A stretch of 64,000 nucleotides of DNA, from contig JBJKRI010000006.1 of assembly GCA_046704725.1 (NCBI GenBank), positions 160,001 to 224,000 of the forward strand, written 5' to 3'. This document shows positions 49,933-59,727 of this stretch, piece after piece. A program made the translations under genes and the position numbers. Positions within the stretch are counted from its first letter, which is position 1. The number at the start of each line of letters is the position of its first letter. The notes beneath the pieces were generated by a model. That model did not search any database. It was not told the origin of the DNA and saw only the letters and a list, made by a program, of their open reading frames with translations. This stretch comes from Candidatus Woesearchaeota archaeon. GTDB taxonomy: Archaea; Nanobdellota; Nanobdellia; Woesearchaeales; SKIA01.

Positions 49933-50546
49933 TGGAACAACACCCGCTGTTGTTTTCCCGCGACGCGGTCCTTGTAGGGCTGCCAGGACCTGCGGAAGTG
50001 CGGGAAGTCCGCATCGAAGTCGTCGAGGAAGGATTGCGTGCGCGGGTCGGTCAGGTACCCGGAGCCGAACTCCACGCCGAGGTCACGCTTGATGGCGTCT
50101 ATCAAGCGGTCGCGGGTCACTTTCGCGATGATGGAAGCGGCGGAGACGACCTTGTACTTCTGGTCGGCCTTGAACATCGCGCGGACCTCGCAGCCAGGGA
50201 CAGCAGAGGCGATGTGCGCGGCGAAGCCTTCGCGGTCGCGCGAGGGACAATCGATGATGGCTTCTGTCGCTCCAAGTTCGGAGAGCAGGGCGATCATGTG
50301 CTTGGCCTCGAGCCAGTTCAGACGACCTTGGAAGACCCATTCGTCAATCTCTTTCGGAGGCACGATACGCACGGCGTGCGGCAGGCGAGCGATGCGCTCG
50401 AAGAGCTCCTCGCGCTTCTCACGGGTGAGGAGCTTGGAGTCCTTGAGCCCCTTGGGGAGCTGCGAGTGGTTCTCGACAGCGACGGCCGCGACGACCATGG
50501 GACCGATGATAGGCCCGCGTCCCGCCTCGTCCACCCCGCAGATCAT
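49929..50546 (-). CDS. rnhB: Ribonuclease HII
   Basis: GVDEAGRGP, DSKLL, KAD...VSAASIIAKV.RD, GSGY; PIP-like C-terminus QQRVLF. Confidence 0.96.
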   Translation of the reverse strand: MICGVDEAGRGPIIGPMVVAAVAVENHSQLPKGLKDSKLLTREKREELFERIARLPHAVRIVPPKEIDEWVFQGRLNWLEAKHMIALLSELGATEAIIDCPSRDREGFAAHIASAVPGCEVRAMFKADQKYKVVSAASIIAKVTRDRLIDAIKRDLGVEFGSGYLTDPRTQSFLDDFDADFPHFRRSWQPYKDRVAGKQQRVLFQ

Positions 50547-50569
50547 GGCGTGTCGCTCCGGAAACTCCC

Positions 50570-51163
50570 CTATAAATCCTTCGCGTACTGCGGAACGTGG
50601 GTGAGCATGAAGCGCTCGATGCGCTTGTCATCGCCTTGCGGGAGCGTGGAGAGCATGAAGTCCTCGAGCTGCCGCATGTCGAGCTCGTGCAGGCGGTGGA
50701 CCGCCGGGTCGACGGACGGAGCGGCGACTCCCTTGAAGACGTCTTTTCCCGAGAAGACGTGGCGGAAGATCATGAGCGCGCGGGCAAGGTGATAATCGCT
50801 CGTCACGAGAATGAAGCGCCGCGCTGAAGCGCGTACGAGCAGGCGCTTGGTGTAGACCGCGTTGCCGATGGTGTCACGACTGCGCTCCTCCAAGACCAAG
50901 CGTGAACGCGGCGCGCCCCGCGCTACGAGGTAGTCCGCCATCGCGCGGGCCTCGCTTTTTCCCGCGGCGCGCATGCCGCCCGTGAGGACGAGCCGCTCGA
51001 CGACCTCTTCATCTAATAACTGCAGGCCGGCGTCGCAACGCGCCATGGTGTCCGCGTGGATGTGTCCGTGCGCATCGATACCACCGGCGAGCACGATACA
51101 GACCGACGCCCAATCCGGATAGACAGAGAGATAGTCGTCGTGCATGCGCAGGTCTTCCAGCAA
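50570..51163 (-). CDS. YdcF/ElyC (DUF218) family protein
   Basis: IVLAGG, LTGG, SEA..M, EERSRDTIGNA and LVTSDYH..RA motifs. Confidence 0.88.
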   Translation of the reverse strand: MLEDLRMHDDYLSVYPDWASVCIVLAGGIDAHGHIHADTMARCDAGLQLLDEEVVERLVLTGGMRAAGKSEARAMADYLVARGAPRSRLVLEERSRDTIGNAVYTKRLLVRASARRFILVTSDYHLARALMIFRHVFSGKDVFKGVAAPSVDPAVHRLHELDMRQLEDFMLSTLPQGDDKRIERFMLTHVPQYAKDL

Positions 51164-51252
51164 GAGCTATTTCAACGTTCGCAGAACGAATAGCCACTAT
51201 TCAGTGAGTACTCCGCGAAACATTTATATCTCCCGCGCTGTTCCACGAACAC

Positions 51253-51711
51253 ATGAATTGGGGTAGAATCGGACGCGGAATCGGATTGGTGGCGCTCACA
51301 GCGGCAGCAGCGGCGTGCAGCAAACCTCCAGTCATCCAAAAGAGCGCGTTCGAGAAAAAGCTCTCTCATCTTCACGACCGAATAAAGTGGACGATCAAGC
51401 GCGGAGATGACACCTACGCAGCAGGCCTCTGGTATAGCATTGGACAGTTCGGGAACTCTGCCATACTCAGGGTAGTAAGATTGAACGCGAACGGCACTCC
51501 CGATCAGAACGTGTCCATGCTCGTCGCGAACGACTACAACTTCGACCAGAAGCCCGACGAGATATTCCTTGTGCCGGTCGATCAGTTCAACCCGGACCAC
51601 GGGACACTCATCCGACCCGACGGGTACCTGAACCACCTCTTCCAGAACCCGAAGCTCATCGCGCAGCTGTACCACCATCAGCAACAGCCGCCCGCCTGCA
51701 AAGGGCAATGA
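51253..51711 (+). CDS. Putative lipoprotein
   Basis: Basic N-terminus, hydrophobic core and lipobox-like AAAC. Confidence 0.6.
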   Translation: MNWGRIGRGIGLVALTAAAAACSKPPVIQKSAFEKKLSHLHDRIKWTIKRGDDTYAAGLWYSIGQFGNSAILRVVRLNANGTPDQNVSMLVANDYNFDQKPDEIFLVPVDQFNPDHGTLIRPDGYLNHLFQNPKLIAQLYHHQQQPPACKGQ

Positions 51712-51739
51712 AGAAATAGACGCGTGACATATAGCATGC

Positions 51740-51940
51740 ATGAGCAAGATGCATTCTCGACGAAAGCGTGCCTTGGGTATCAGCACCCACCGGCACGGAC
51801 AGATGCCCGCGCCGCCGCAGTTCCGTCAGAAGACGTTCAAGTCGGAGGGAGCGGCGAAGGAGTGGGCCAAAGCGCACGGCGTGACCATCAAGGAGCTGGT
51901 GCCAGCCAAGAAGGGCAAGCGACTTCGTATCGTCGCCTGA
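51740..51940 (+). CDS. Small basic protein
   Basis: MSKMHSRRKR...KTFKSEGAAKEWAKAHG; 66 aa. Confidence 0.7.
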   Translation: MSKMHSRRKRALGISTHRHGQMPAPPQFRQKTFKSEGAAKEWAKAHGVTIKELVPAKKGKRLRIVA

Positions 51941-51980
51941 TAGGTTTATAAGCGACGCATTTTTGCCACCCTTCACCGCC

Positions 51981-52054
51981 GGGGTGGTGGTCTAGCTTGG
52001 TATGATTCGCGGTTCGGGGCCGCGAGATCGAGAGTTCGAATCTCTCCCACCCCA
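51981..52054 (+). tRNA. tRNA-Pro(CGG)
   Basis: GGGGTGG/CCACCCC-A; CGCGG-TTCGGGG-CCGCG; GAGAG-TTCGAAT-CTCTC. Confidence 0.95.
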
Positions 52055-52083
52055 TTCAGCACAGAGCGGCAGCGCTATAAGAA

Positions 52084-52374
52084 CTACAGTCCGAAGAAGC
52101 GGGACAGATGATAGACCGCGAGATTCGCGGACGCCACCCCAGTCCCCGTGGCGGTGATTATCCCGCCCGCGCTATGGATGGAAGGGATGCCATTCCAGGT
52201 CATCTCAGCATGACCAAGCATCACGGCGCCAGCGAAAGCAAATCCCAATCCATAGACCGCGGCACGTCGGGCCCTGCCGGGCAGGTCGTGCATGTCTCGG
52301 TATTCACCGGGAGCGGGGATGATGGCGCCCAAGTCCTTGACGCCTTGCTTGACTCGCGTGTACAAAGAATCCAT
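52084..52374 (-). CDS. Hypothetical membrane protein
   Basis: Two hydrophobic segments; TTTAAA box upstream. Confidence 0.55.
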   Translation of the reverse strand: MDSLYTRVKQGVKDLGAIIPAPGEYRDMHDLPGRARRAAVYGLGFAFAGAVMLGHAEMTWNGIPSIHSAGGIITATGTGVASANLAVYHLSRFFGL

Positions 52375-52429
52375 CGTTTCGAGAGCTACGTGTCCATCAC
52401 CCCTGGAGCATGACCGCTATTTTAAAGCC

Positions 52430-52660
52430 TTATGCATGTTTGCCGCCCATGTAGCGCTCTTTGAAGCGTGCGGCGAACCAGTGCCTGTCGGGCGCGAACT
52501 CGGCGTCTTCAATGACAGTCACGTCGTACGCGTAGATCTCCAGCAGGGTCCGCACGGAATGCGTGTCCGCCTTGAGCAGGGCGCGGGCCTCATCGGTGAG
52601 TTCGATGGTGCTCCACTTGCGCAGGAAAGCGCGCACCAGCTCCTCCCCCTCAGACCGCAC
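52430..52660 (-). CDS. Small hypothetical protein
   Basis: GTG start overlapping the end of dus. Confidence 0.45.
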   Translation of the reverse strand: MRSEGEELVRAFLRKWSTIELTDEARALLKADTHSVRTLLEIYAYDVTVIEDAEFAPDRHWFAARFKERYMGGKHA

Positions 52661-53585
52661 GGGACGCCTCCATCGCTTCGGCGAGTTCTTGACGCGTCCT
52701 CGCGCGGACAAGGCGCTCGCGGATGTGCCGCGCGCCATCCACGCCTTTGGTGAGCTGCATGGCGTGGCTCTTCATGCGGATGAAGTCGAGCCCGAAACGG
52801 TCGGCGAGCGAGACGTACTCGTTGAAGAGGGAGAGCTTGTCCTCGTCGGAGACCGGCTCGTAGCCCCCTTCGCTGCGCAGGCGCTCGGCCTGCGCGAAGA
52901 TGAACGGGTTCTTGCGGGCCCCGCGACCAATCATGACCGCGTCGCAGCCCGTATCGAGCATCCTGTTCGCGTCCTCGGGCGTGAAGACATCGCCGTTGCC
53001 GATGACGGGCACGTCGAGGGTCTGTTTGAGCCGTTTGATCGCGTCCCAGTCCGCTTCGCCGGAGTAGCCCTGTCGCGTGGTGCGGCCGTGGAGCGTGACG
53101 GCGACCGCGCCCGCGTCCACGCAGCGGCGCGCGACCTCGAGATAGTTCTCGTTGTTCTTGGAGAGCCCGAGACGGAGCTTGACGGTGAACGGTTTTGATA
53201 ACGCGGAGGAGACCTCGCGGACGAGTCCCTCGATGTGGGCCGGGTCGGCGAGCAAGGCGCTGCCCGCCCCCTGGCTGAGGATATGCCATGCAGGGCAACC
53301 GAGATTGAAGTCGATGACCGTCGCTTTCTCCTCGACGAGCTTCGCCGCTTGCTTGACGGTGTCGACGCTGCTGCCGAAGAGCTGGATGCCGACGGGAGTC
53401 TCCTCTTCGGCGATGACGAGCTGCTGGTGCGTGACGAGATTGCCGCGCACGATGCCGTCGGCGCTGCAGAACTCGGTGGTGGTCATGGCTGCGCCGTGCT
53501 TTCTGCAGAGCACGCGGAACGCGACGTCGGTGACGCCGCTCATGGGCGCGAGGACGAACGGCGAGGAGAGCCGGGGAAAGCGCAT
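52650..53585 (-). CDS. dus: tRNA-dihydrouridine synthase
   Basis: LAPMSGVTD, QLFGS, DFNLGCP, GAGSALL, TLHGRT, GNGDV and VMIGRGA motifs. Confidence 0.95.
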   Translation of the reverse strand: MRFPRLSSPFVLAPMSGVTDVAFRVLCRKHGAAMTTTEFCSADGIVRGNLVTHQQLVIAEEETPVGIQLFGSSVDTVKQAAKLVEEKATVIDFNLGCPAWHILSQGAGSALLADPAHIEGLVREVSSALSKPFTVKLRLGLSKNNENYLEVARRCVDAGAVAVTLHGRTTRQGYSGEADWDAIKRLKQTLDVPVIGNGDVFTPEDANRMLDTGCDAVMIGRGARKNPFIFAQAERLRSEGGYEPVSDEDKLSLFNEYVSLADRFGLDFIRMKSHAMQLTKGVDGARHIRERLVRARTRQELAEAMEASRAV

Positions 53586-53761
53586 ACCCCTGGAGACACT
53601 CACTCGCTTAAATACCATACCAGTATTCGTTTCTATATGGAAGCGCTCATTTTATAAGGGAGCAGCCGTTCCGTCCGGGCAGTAATCAGCGCAGGAGAGT
53701 TCCCACACGCGAATTCTCACCACGACCGCGCGCAAGACGCGGCGGACCGATTACCGATACC

Positions 53762-55165
53762 ATGGAAACACCAGATACAGACACCAAGAAGACCTTCGCC
53801 GACCTCGGCGTGGACAAAGCGATCGTGGACGCCCTCAAGAAGATGGAGATCATCAACCCGACAGGGATCCAGGCGGAGAGCATCCCGTTCGGCCTCAAAG
53901 GAGAGGATGTCATCGGACGGGCCAAGACCGGCAGCGGAAAGACCATCGCCTTCTCCATCCCCATCGTGCAAGAGCTCGCAGGGAAAGAGGGACGGGGCAT
54001 CAAGGCCATTATCCTCGCGCCGACAAGGGAACTGGCGAAGCAGGTGGACGAGGAGTTGCGCAGCGTCGCGGAACACACCAAGCTCCAGACGGCCGTCATC
54101 TACGGCGGCGTGGAGTACGAGCCGCAATTCGCCGCCCTCGAGAAAGCGGACATCCTCATCGGAACGCCCGGACGCATCCTCGACCACATGGAGCGCAAGA
54201 CCGTGGACCTCGGCAGCGTCGAGTTCTTCGTCCTCGACGAAGCGGACCGCATGCTCGACATGGGCTTCATCGATGATATCAAGCGCGTATTGGCCAAGAC
54301 GCCGCCGCACAAGCAGTCATTTTTCTTCTCGGCGACCATGCCCGGAGAGGCACGCGACCTGGCGGAGAGCTTCATGCACGACCCCAAGTACGTCGCCATG
54401 AAGGACGTGTACGTGGACAACGACCTGCTCACCGAATGGTACATCGACGTCATCGCGACCTGCAAGGCCGACATGTGCGCCGAAGTGCTCAAACGGGAAG
54501 AACCGGAACTGGCATTGATCTTCGTGAACAGCCGATTGTTCACGGACAAGCTCGCCGAATACCTCGAGAAACAGGGCTTCTCGGTCAAGGCATTGCACGG
54601 CGGACACGCGCAGAACAAGCGCGAGAAGATGGTCAGCGACTTCGAGAAGGGCGAGTTCAAGGTGCTCGTGGCGACCGATGTGGCCGCGCGCGGCCTGGAC
54701 ATCGAAGGCATCACGCACGTCATCAACTTCGAGGTGCCGCGGGACGCGCAGACCTATACGCACCGCATCGGACGCACGGCGCGCGCCGGAGCGGCCGGAA
54801 CGGCAATCACGCTGCTCGACCGCGAGGAGCACCGCGAATTCAGCCGCATCGAGGGCGATTCGCTGCGCGACATCAACAAGTACGAGATCGACTACCGGCC
54901 CAAGAAGGTCTACTTCCTGCCGCGCAGGGACGGCCCGCGCGACGACAGGGGACGCGGACGGGGACGCGGCGGCCCGAGACGGCACGGGAGCGGCGGACAC
55001 GGACGTGGTGGACATGGTCGTGGCGGTCACGGAGGCGGAGGCCATGGCGGCCCGAGACGGCACGGGAGCGGCGGACGCCCACGGCGCGGGAAGAGCGAGC
55101 ACTCCGACAACCACGGGAAACGCTCGCACGACCCGGCATCCAAGACCTACATGCCGAAAGTCTAG
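53762..55165 (+). CDS. DEAD-box RNA helicase
   Basis: Q motif, AKTGSGKT, PTRELA, TPGR, DEAD, SAT, ARGLD, HRIGRTAR; Gly/Arg/His-rich tail. Confidence 0.96.
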   Translation: METPDTDTKKTFADLGVDKAIVDALKKMEIINPTGIQAESIPFGLKGEDVIGRAKTGSGKTIAFSIPIVQELAGKEGRGIKAIILAPTRELAKQVDEELRSVAEHTKLQTAVIYGGVEYEPQFAALEKADILIGTPGRILDHMERKTVDLGSVEFFVLDEADRMLDMGFIDDIKRVLAKTPPHKQSFFFSATMPGEARDLAESFMHDPKYVAMKDVYVDNDLLTEWYIDVIATCKADMCAEVLKREEPELALIFVNSRLFTDKLAEYLEKQGFSVKALHGGHAQNKREKMVSDFEKGEFKVLVATDVAARGLDIEGITHVINFEVPRDAQTYTHRIGRTARAGAAGTAITLLDREEHREFSRIEGDSLRDINKYEIDYRPKKVYFLPRRDGPRDDRGRGRGRGGPRRHGSGGHGRGGHGRGGHGGGGHGGPRRHGSGGRPRRGKSEHSDNHGKRSHDPASKTYMPKV

Positions 55166-55617
55166 GGCGCGTGAAGGGCATCGCGCAGGCGTGCCCCGAC
55201 GGCGAGGACGACGCGGTCCGGAACGTGGAACCGCTTGTAGAGCGAATGCTCCGAATAGATGTCTTCGAAGCAGGGATCCGGCGGGATACGGAGATCACCG
55301 AAGGCCGCTCCTCCGGAGTATCGCGGGATTAGGTGCACGTGAAGGTGATGGGCCTCGTTCTGCAGGTTCGCCCAATCCACCCTGCCCGCGCCGAAGGTCG
55401 AGATTGTGAGGTCCGAGAGCCGAACTATCAGATCTCCGAGGTCGCTCCATTCACCTTCATCAAGACTTGTAATCGAACGGTCCTCGGGTTCGGGGGTCGC
55501 AAGCCACAGGTACGAGCGTCCGAGGTGGAATTGCCGCTTGTGCACATACCAATCCCACCTCCCGAGGTGAGCGATGCGGTACGGCGTCCAGTCCATGGGG
55601 AATGGGAGCGACCGCAC
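55162..55617 (-). CDS. HIT family protein
   Basis: ANLQNEAHHLHVHLIPRY histidine triad. Confidence 0.85.
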   Translation of the reverse strand: MRSLPFPMDWTPYRIAHLGRWDWYVHKRQFHLGRSYLWLATPEPEDRSITSLDEGEWSDLGDLIVRLSDLTISTFGAGRVDWANLQNEAHHLHVHLIPRYSGGAAFGDLRIPPDPCFEDIYSEHSLYKRFHVPDRVVLAVGARLRDALHAP

Positions 55618-55641
55618 GCTTTTCTTGCTTTCGTGCGTGAT

Positions 55642-55944
55642 TCACTCCGCCTTCTTCCGATACTTGTCGTATTTCCTGAACACACGGCGCAGCGCCGCAT
55701 CAGCGTCCACGCCGCACTGGTTGGCGAGGTGGATGAGCTGGAAGAAGGCGTCGCCGAACTCGTCCTCGGCATCCATGTTGTCGACCTTCCACTCCTCGCG
55801 CAGGCCCTCCTCGACGGAGATGATGCGTCCGATCTCCGCGATCTCCTCTTGTAGGCGGGCGAGGATGGCGAAGCGCGGCCAGACGGGAAAGCCCGAACCG
55901 TCGAAGTATTCCTTCACGCGTCCTTCGGCGGTCTTCATATCCAT
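55642..55944 (-). CDS. MazG-like NTP pyrophosphohydrolase
   Basis: LARLQEEIAEI...EDEFGDAFFQLIHLAN..GVD. Confidence 0.85.
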   Translation of the reverse strand: MDMKTAEGRVKEYFDGSGFPVWPRFAILARLQEEIAEIGRIISVEEGLREEWKVDNMDAEDEFGDAFFQLIHLANQCGVDADAALRRVFRKYDKYRKKAE

Positions 55945-56197
55945 GAGTTCGGTACAGGACGCGGCGCATTTAATCCTATGCACTGGACAGCCACGGCCGA
56001 AAGGCATAACCAGGCATTCTCCCAGGAAAGCCTTGCACCAAAACCACCCTGCCCGGGGCGTTTGCGAGGGCGTCCCGGAGTCCTCCTTCTCTCCTCGCAC
56101 CTCCATTTCTTCCGCTCGATAAGGAAGTTATTTTCACAAATGAAAACTATTTTCATGCCTGAAAAGTTTATATAGAGAGGCTCTCATCGGCGAATCC

Positions 56198-56731
56198 ATG
56201 CCCGGAGCCGAACTCCTCAAGGAGCTCTTCGACGAGAAACGTATCCGTGTCCTGCAGGTCTTTATCCAGAAGCCGCAGGACGAATTCGTGCTCAAGGAGG
56301 TCGTGCGCAAGGCGAAGGTGCCGCTCGCCACCACATACAGGATACTGCACCAGCTCGCGGAAAAGGGGCTTTTGAGCGCCTCCACACACAAACACCTTAC
56401 CGTCTATCGGCTCGCCGACAGCGAGGACGCGAGATACCTGTCCCAACTGCTCTACGAAAAGCCCGTCCCGATCGCCAGATTCGTGGACGTCATCGCTTCT
56501 CTGCCCGGAATCGAGCAGGCACTCATGCATGGGAAAGCCACCGAGAGCAGGGCCAATATCGTGATCATCGGCACCGGTATCGACAAGGACTTGATCAACG
56601 CCACAGTGGCCCAGATACGCGAAGATGACCATTTCACGATAACCCACCTCATCCTGGAGCCCGAGCAGTATCAGATGCTCGAGGCGATGGGGCAGTTTTC
56701 GGGCTCGAAAACAGTGCTTTTCGCGCGATAG
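56198..56731 (+). CDS. HTH regulator fused to a degenerate nucleotidyltransferase-like domain
   Basis: wHTH (EVVRKAKVPLATTYRILHQL...G); C-terminal ALMHG...ANIVIIG lacks the DxD motif. Confidence 0.7.
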   Translation: MPGAELLKELFDEKRIRVLQVFIQKPQDEFVLKEVVRKAKVPLATTYRILHQLAEKGLLSASTHKHLTVYRLADSEDARYLSQLLYEKPVPIARFVDVIASLPGIEQALMHGKATESRANIVIIGTGIDKDLINATVAQIREDDHFTITHLILEPEQYQMLEAMGQFSGSKTVLFAR

Positions 56732-56941
56732 CACGTGGAAATATATTCCCCAGAGGATAAATACATATAAATCACTAAGACAGATTTACACACCAGGGTA
56801 GGTTGTCTGACGACATCGACCGGAAACAGGCGTTCCGGGAGACACGCCAGCGGTGCTGCGCACCACGACTTACACACATGACGTACGAGAACTAGCGAAA
56901 GCTCTCGCACAAATACACACCGGAAACGGGGGAAACAAGAG

Positions 56942-58018
56942 ATGGACTTCATCGTGAACAATGCACTCAAGCAAGACGCGAACAACGTGAATTACGACGA
57001 GATCGAAGCGGGACACGCCAACATCAAGGTCATCGGCACCGGCGGCGCGGGCAACAACGCGGTCGCCTGGCTCTATCAGAAAGGAGTCAAGGGAGCCGAG
57101 ATCATCGCGTGCAACACCGATGTCCAGCACCTGAACATGACGGACGCGGACCGCAAGTTCCTTCTCGGACGTGATACGACTCGCGGCCTGGGCTGCGGCG
57201 GATTCCCGAGCAAGGGAGCCGAAGCGGCGCAGGAGAGCCTCAACGAGATCAAGGAAGCCATGCGCGAAGCGGACATGGTCTTCGTGTGCGCCGGCATGGG
57301 CGGCGGCACCGGCACGGGCAGCGCCCCGGTCATCGCCAACGTGGCCCGTGAGACGGGCGCGATCGTCATCGGAACGGTCACCATGCCGTTCAAGATCGAG
57401 CGAGCACGTGTGGACAAGGCCGAGTTCGGGCTCCAGCAGCTCCGACAGGTCTCGGACACCGTCATCGTCATCGACAACAACCGCCTGGTGCAGATCGCGG
57501 GGAACCTCCCGATCCAACAGGCATTCGCGGTAGCGAACGAACTCATAGCGACAATGATCAAGGGCATCGTCGAGACCATCGCCGTGCCGAGCCTGGTCAA
57601 CCTGGACTACGCAGACGTCAAGGCGATCATGACCAACGGCGGCGTGGCGGTCATCGGGGTCGGAGCCTCCGACAGCAGCAACCGTGTAGAGGAAGCAGTG
57701 ACTGGCGCGTTGAGCAACCCGTTGCTCGACATCAGCTACGAAGGAGCGACAGGAGCGATTATCCACGTACACGGAGGCGCCGACCTGACCCTTGATGAGA
57801 TCAGTCGCGTGGGCGAGATGATCACCGAGACCATGGACGAGGAGGCGAACGTCATCTGGGGCGCCCGCATCTCCGAGGACATGAAGGGCAAGCTCACCGT
57901 GATGACCATCATCACGGGCGTCAAGAGCCCCTGGGTCCTGGGCCGGAAGACGGCCAAGGAAGCGCAGGATGCCCGCCGACAGATGTCGGACGAGCTCGGT
58001 ATCGAGATCGTCCACTAA
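56942..58018 (+). CDS. ftsZ: Cell division protein FtsZ
   Basis: GGAGNN, NTD, GMGGGTGTG, IDNNRL, NLDYADV and IWGA motifs. Confidence 0.97.
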   Translation: MDFIVNNALKQDANNVNYDEIEAGHANIKVIGTGGAGNNAVAWLYQKGVKGAEIIACNTDVQHLNMTDADRKFLLGRDTTRGLGCGGFPSKGAEAAQESLNEIKEAMREADMVFVCAGMGGGTGTGSAPVIANVARETGAIVIGTVTMPFKIERARVDKAEFGLQQLRQVSDTVIVIDNNRLVQIAGNLPIQQAFAVANELIATMIKGIVETIAVPSLVNLDYADVKAIMTNGGVAVIGVGASDSSNRVEEAVTGALSNPLLDISYEGATGAIIHVHGGADLTLDEISRVGEMITETMDEEANVIWGARISEDMKGKLTVMTIITGVKSPWVLGRKTAKEAQDARRQMSDELGIEIVH

Positions 58019-58178
58019 GGGCGCAGCGCCCGAGGCGCTCCCCCGTCCTCGGGCATTCACTTTCCTCGAGGAGAGCGGAAAACCGCAATCCGAGGGATTC
58101 TGTGCCTCCACCCACCAAAACGCCATATCACCCCCCAACCCCCCAAAACCGTTTTAACCGGTGGAGGCCGCAAAACGC

Positions 58179-58212
58179 CCTCGGCGGCGACGCCGAGGCT
58201 TTTTCTTTTTTC
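58179..58212 (+). terminator. Hairpin plus T-tract, probable ftsZ terminator
   Basis: CCTCGGCG-GCGA-CGCCGAGG followed by CTTTTTCTTTTTT. Confidence 0.6.
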
Positions 58213-58231
58213 TACCGATTCTCAGAACGCG

Positions 58232-58663
58232 CTACTTCTCGAACTCCTTTCGCGCACGCATCTCGCGAAAGTACGCTGCGACGACATTGTCGACGGCAGT
58301 ATCAGCGACCGCCTGATTGGCAGGTCGATTGGCCTGGTAGAGGAACCGATTGCCAAAACGGACGAAGTCATCGAGGTGAGGCGCGCCCTCGGCGTCCTTC
58401 CAGGTCACGATGAGACCCCGCCCCACGGAATCTATGGATACGTCGTCCCGGACCGAGCCGTCATCACGGTTCTTCGCGATCACCCTGTCGAGGCTCTGGC
58501 TCGCCTTTTTCGACAACAGGACGCTGTACTGGCCCGGAATGCCCGTCACATCGGGCAAACGGCATGCATAGAGCGCAGCGACAGCAAACGCGGTCGCAAA
58601 GACAGCGCGCATCCGGTAGGGTACAATCCTGCTCGCCTGCATACCCCAGTATACGGAAAGCAC
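58232..58663 (-). CDS. Hypothetical exported protein
   Basis: Hydrophobic N-terminal segment ending LYAC; start uncertain. Confidence 0.5.
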   Translation of the reverse strand: MLSVYWGMQASRIVPYRMRAVFATAFAVAALYACRLPDVTGIPGQYSVLLSKKASQSLDRVIAKNRDDGSVRDDVSIDSVGRGLIVTWKDAEGAPHLDDFVRFGNRFLYQANRPANQAVADTAVDNVVAAYFREMRARKEFEK

Positions 58664-58768
58664 CCTTCTTAAATCCTGATATTTTCAGGTGCGACGAACA
58701 GCGATCCAGAGAAGGATTATATACTGGGCGTACGCATTCTCGTCGGAGAAAAAGCCGCCAAAAGACAT

Positions 58769-58969
58769 ATGACGCACGACCTGAGACGGAAAGTGGAGCT
58801 GGGGATGGCCTTCTGGATAGGCGTCGGACTGATGAGTATCATCGACGTGTGGAAGATCACGCAACAGCGCAGCCCGCTCCTCTACTCGTGGATCATGTTC
58901 GGCGTGTCCGCAGTCCTCATCGTCGCCGGCATCATCCTGCTATTGACCATCAAGGGAAGCAAGAAATAG
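58769..58969 (+). CDS. Small two-TM membrane protein
   Basis: Two hydrophobic helices; TTATATA upstream. Confidence 0.65.
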   Translation: MTHDLRRKVELGMAFWIGVGLMSIIDVWKITQQRSPLLYSWIMFGVSAVLIVAGIILLLTIKGSKK

Positions 58970-58973
58970 GCCG

Positions 58974-59630
58974 CTACTTCTTCTTGCCGCGCTTGTCCTC
59001 GAACTGCTGCTCCCACACGTCGTAGATGAGGACGCCGCGCTTGGGCTTGACGCCCAACAGCAGCTTGAGCGTCTTCACGTACATGAAGCCGGCCACCATG
59101 TGCGTGGCCGCGGGCAAGAGCCCTTCGGTGCGCTCATGGTTGACGCCCTTTAGCATCGCGTGGACGGCCTTCTTGTCGGTTGAGGCGGCGACGATGCACT
59201 TGTGGTCGCGCACCACACCCAACACGCAGGGGATGCCCTTCTTGAAGCAGTACTCGCTGATGAGATCGGAGAGTTCGGAGTTTCCCGAGCAATCCACGAC
59301 CAGGTCGCTGTCCATGAGGAAGAGGGTCTCCTTGAGGATCTCTTCGTTGAAGCTCTTGATGGTGGGCTCGGGATTGATCTTCGTGAGGTACTTCTTGGCC
59401 TGGGTCGCCTTGAACTTGCTCACATCATCCTGGGTGAAGAGGCTGAGCCGATCGAGGTCCTCCTCCTCGACGCGTCCTTTCTCGATGATACGCAGATTGA
59501 TGCCCGTGCGCACGAGCAGGTCGGCGACCGTGCTGCCGATGCCGCCGAGGCCCACGACCGTCACGGTCTTCCCGCGCAGGAGCTTGGCTTCCTCGGCGCC
59601 CAACTCCTCCTCGAGATGTATATACTTCAT
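58974..59630 (-). CDS. ThiF/MoeB (E1-like) family protein, degenerate
   Basis: VTVVGLGGIGS, KA..AK..L.KINP and DLVVDC motifs; no SNLxRQ or CxxC pairs. Confidence 0.8.
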   Translation of the reverse strand: MKYIHLEEELGAEEAKLLRGKTVTVVGLGGIGSTVADLLVRTGINLRIIEKGRVEEEDLDRLSLFTQDDVSKFKATQAKKYLTKINPEPTIKSFNEEILKETLFLMDSDLVVDCSGNSELSDLISEYCFKKGIPCVLGVVRDHKCIVAASTDKKAVHAMLKGVNHERTEGLLPAATHMVAGFMYVKTLKLLLGVKPKRGVLIYDVWEQQFEDKRGKKK

Positions 59631-59727
59631 GTCCACCCCAAGAGGCAGGGGTTTAAAAAGATTATTCAAGATGTATGAGGATTCTCCGATCCGGAACACT
59701 TATGCCGTACCCCAGCATGACGTATGC

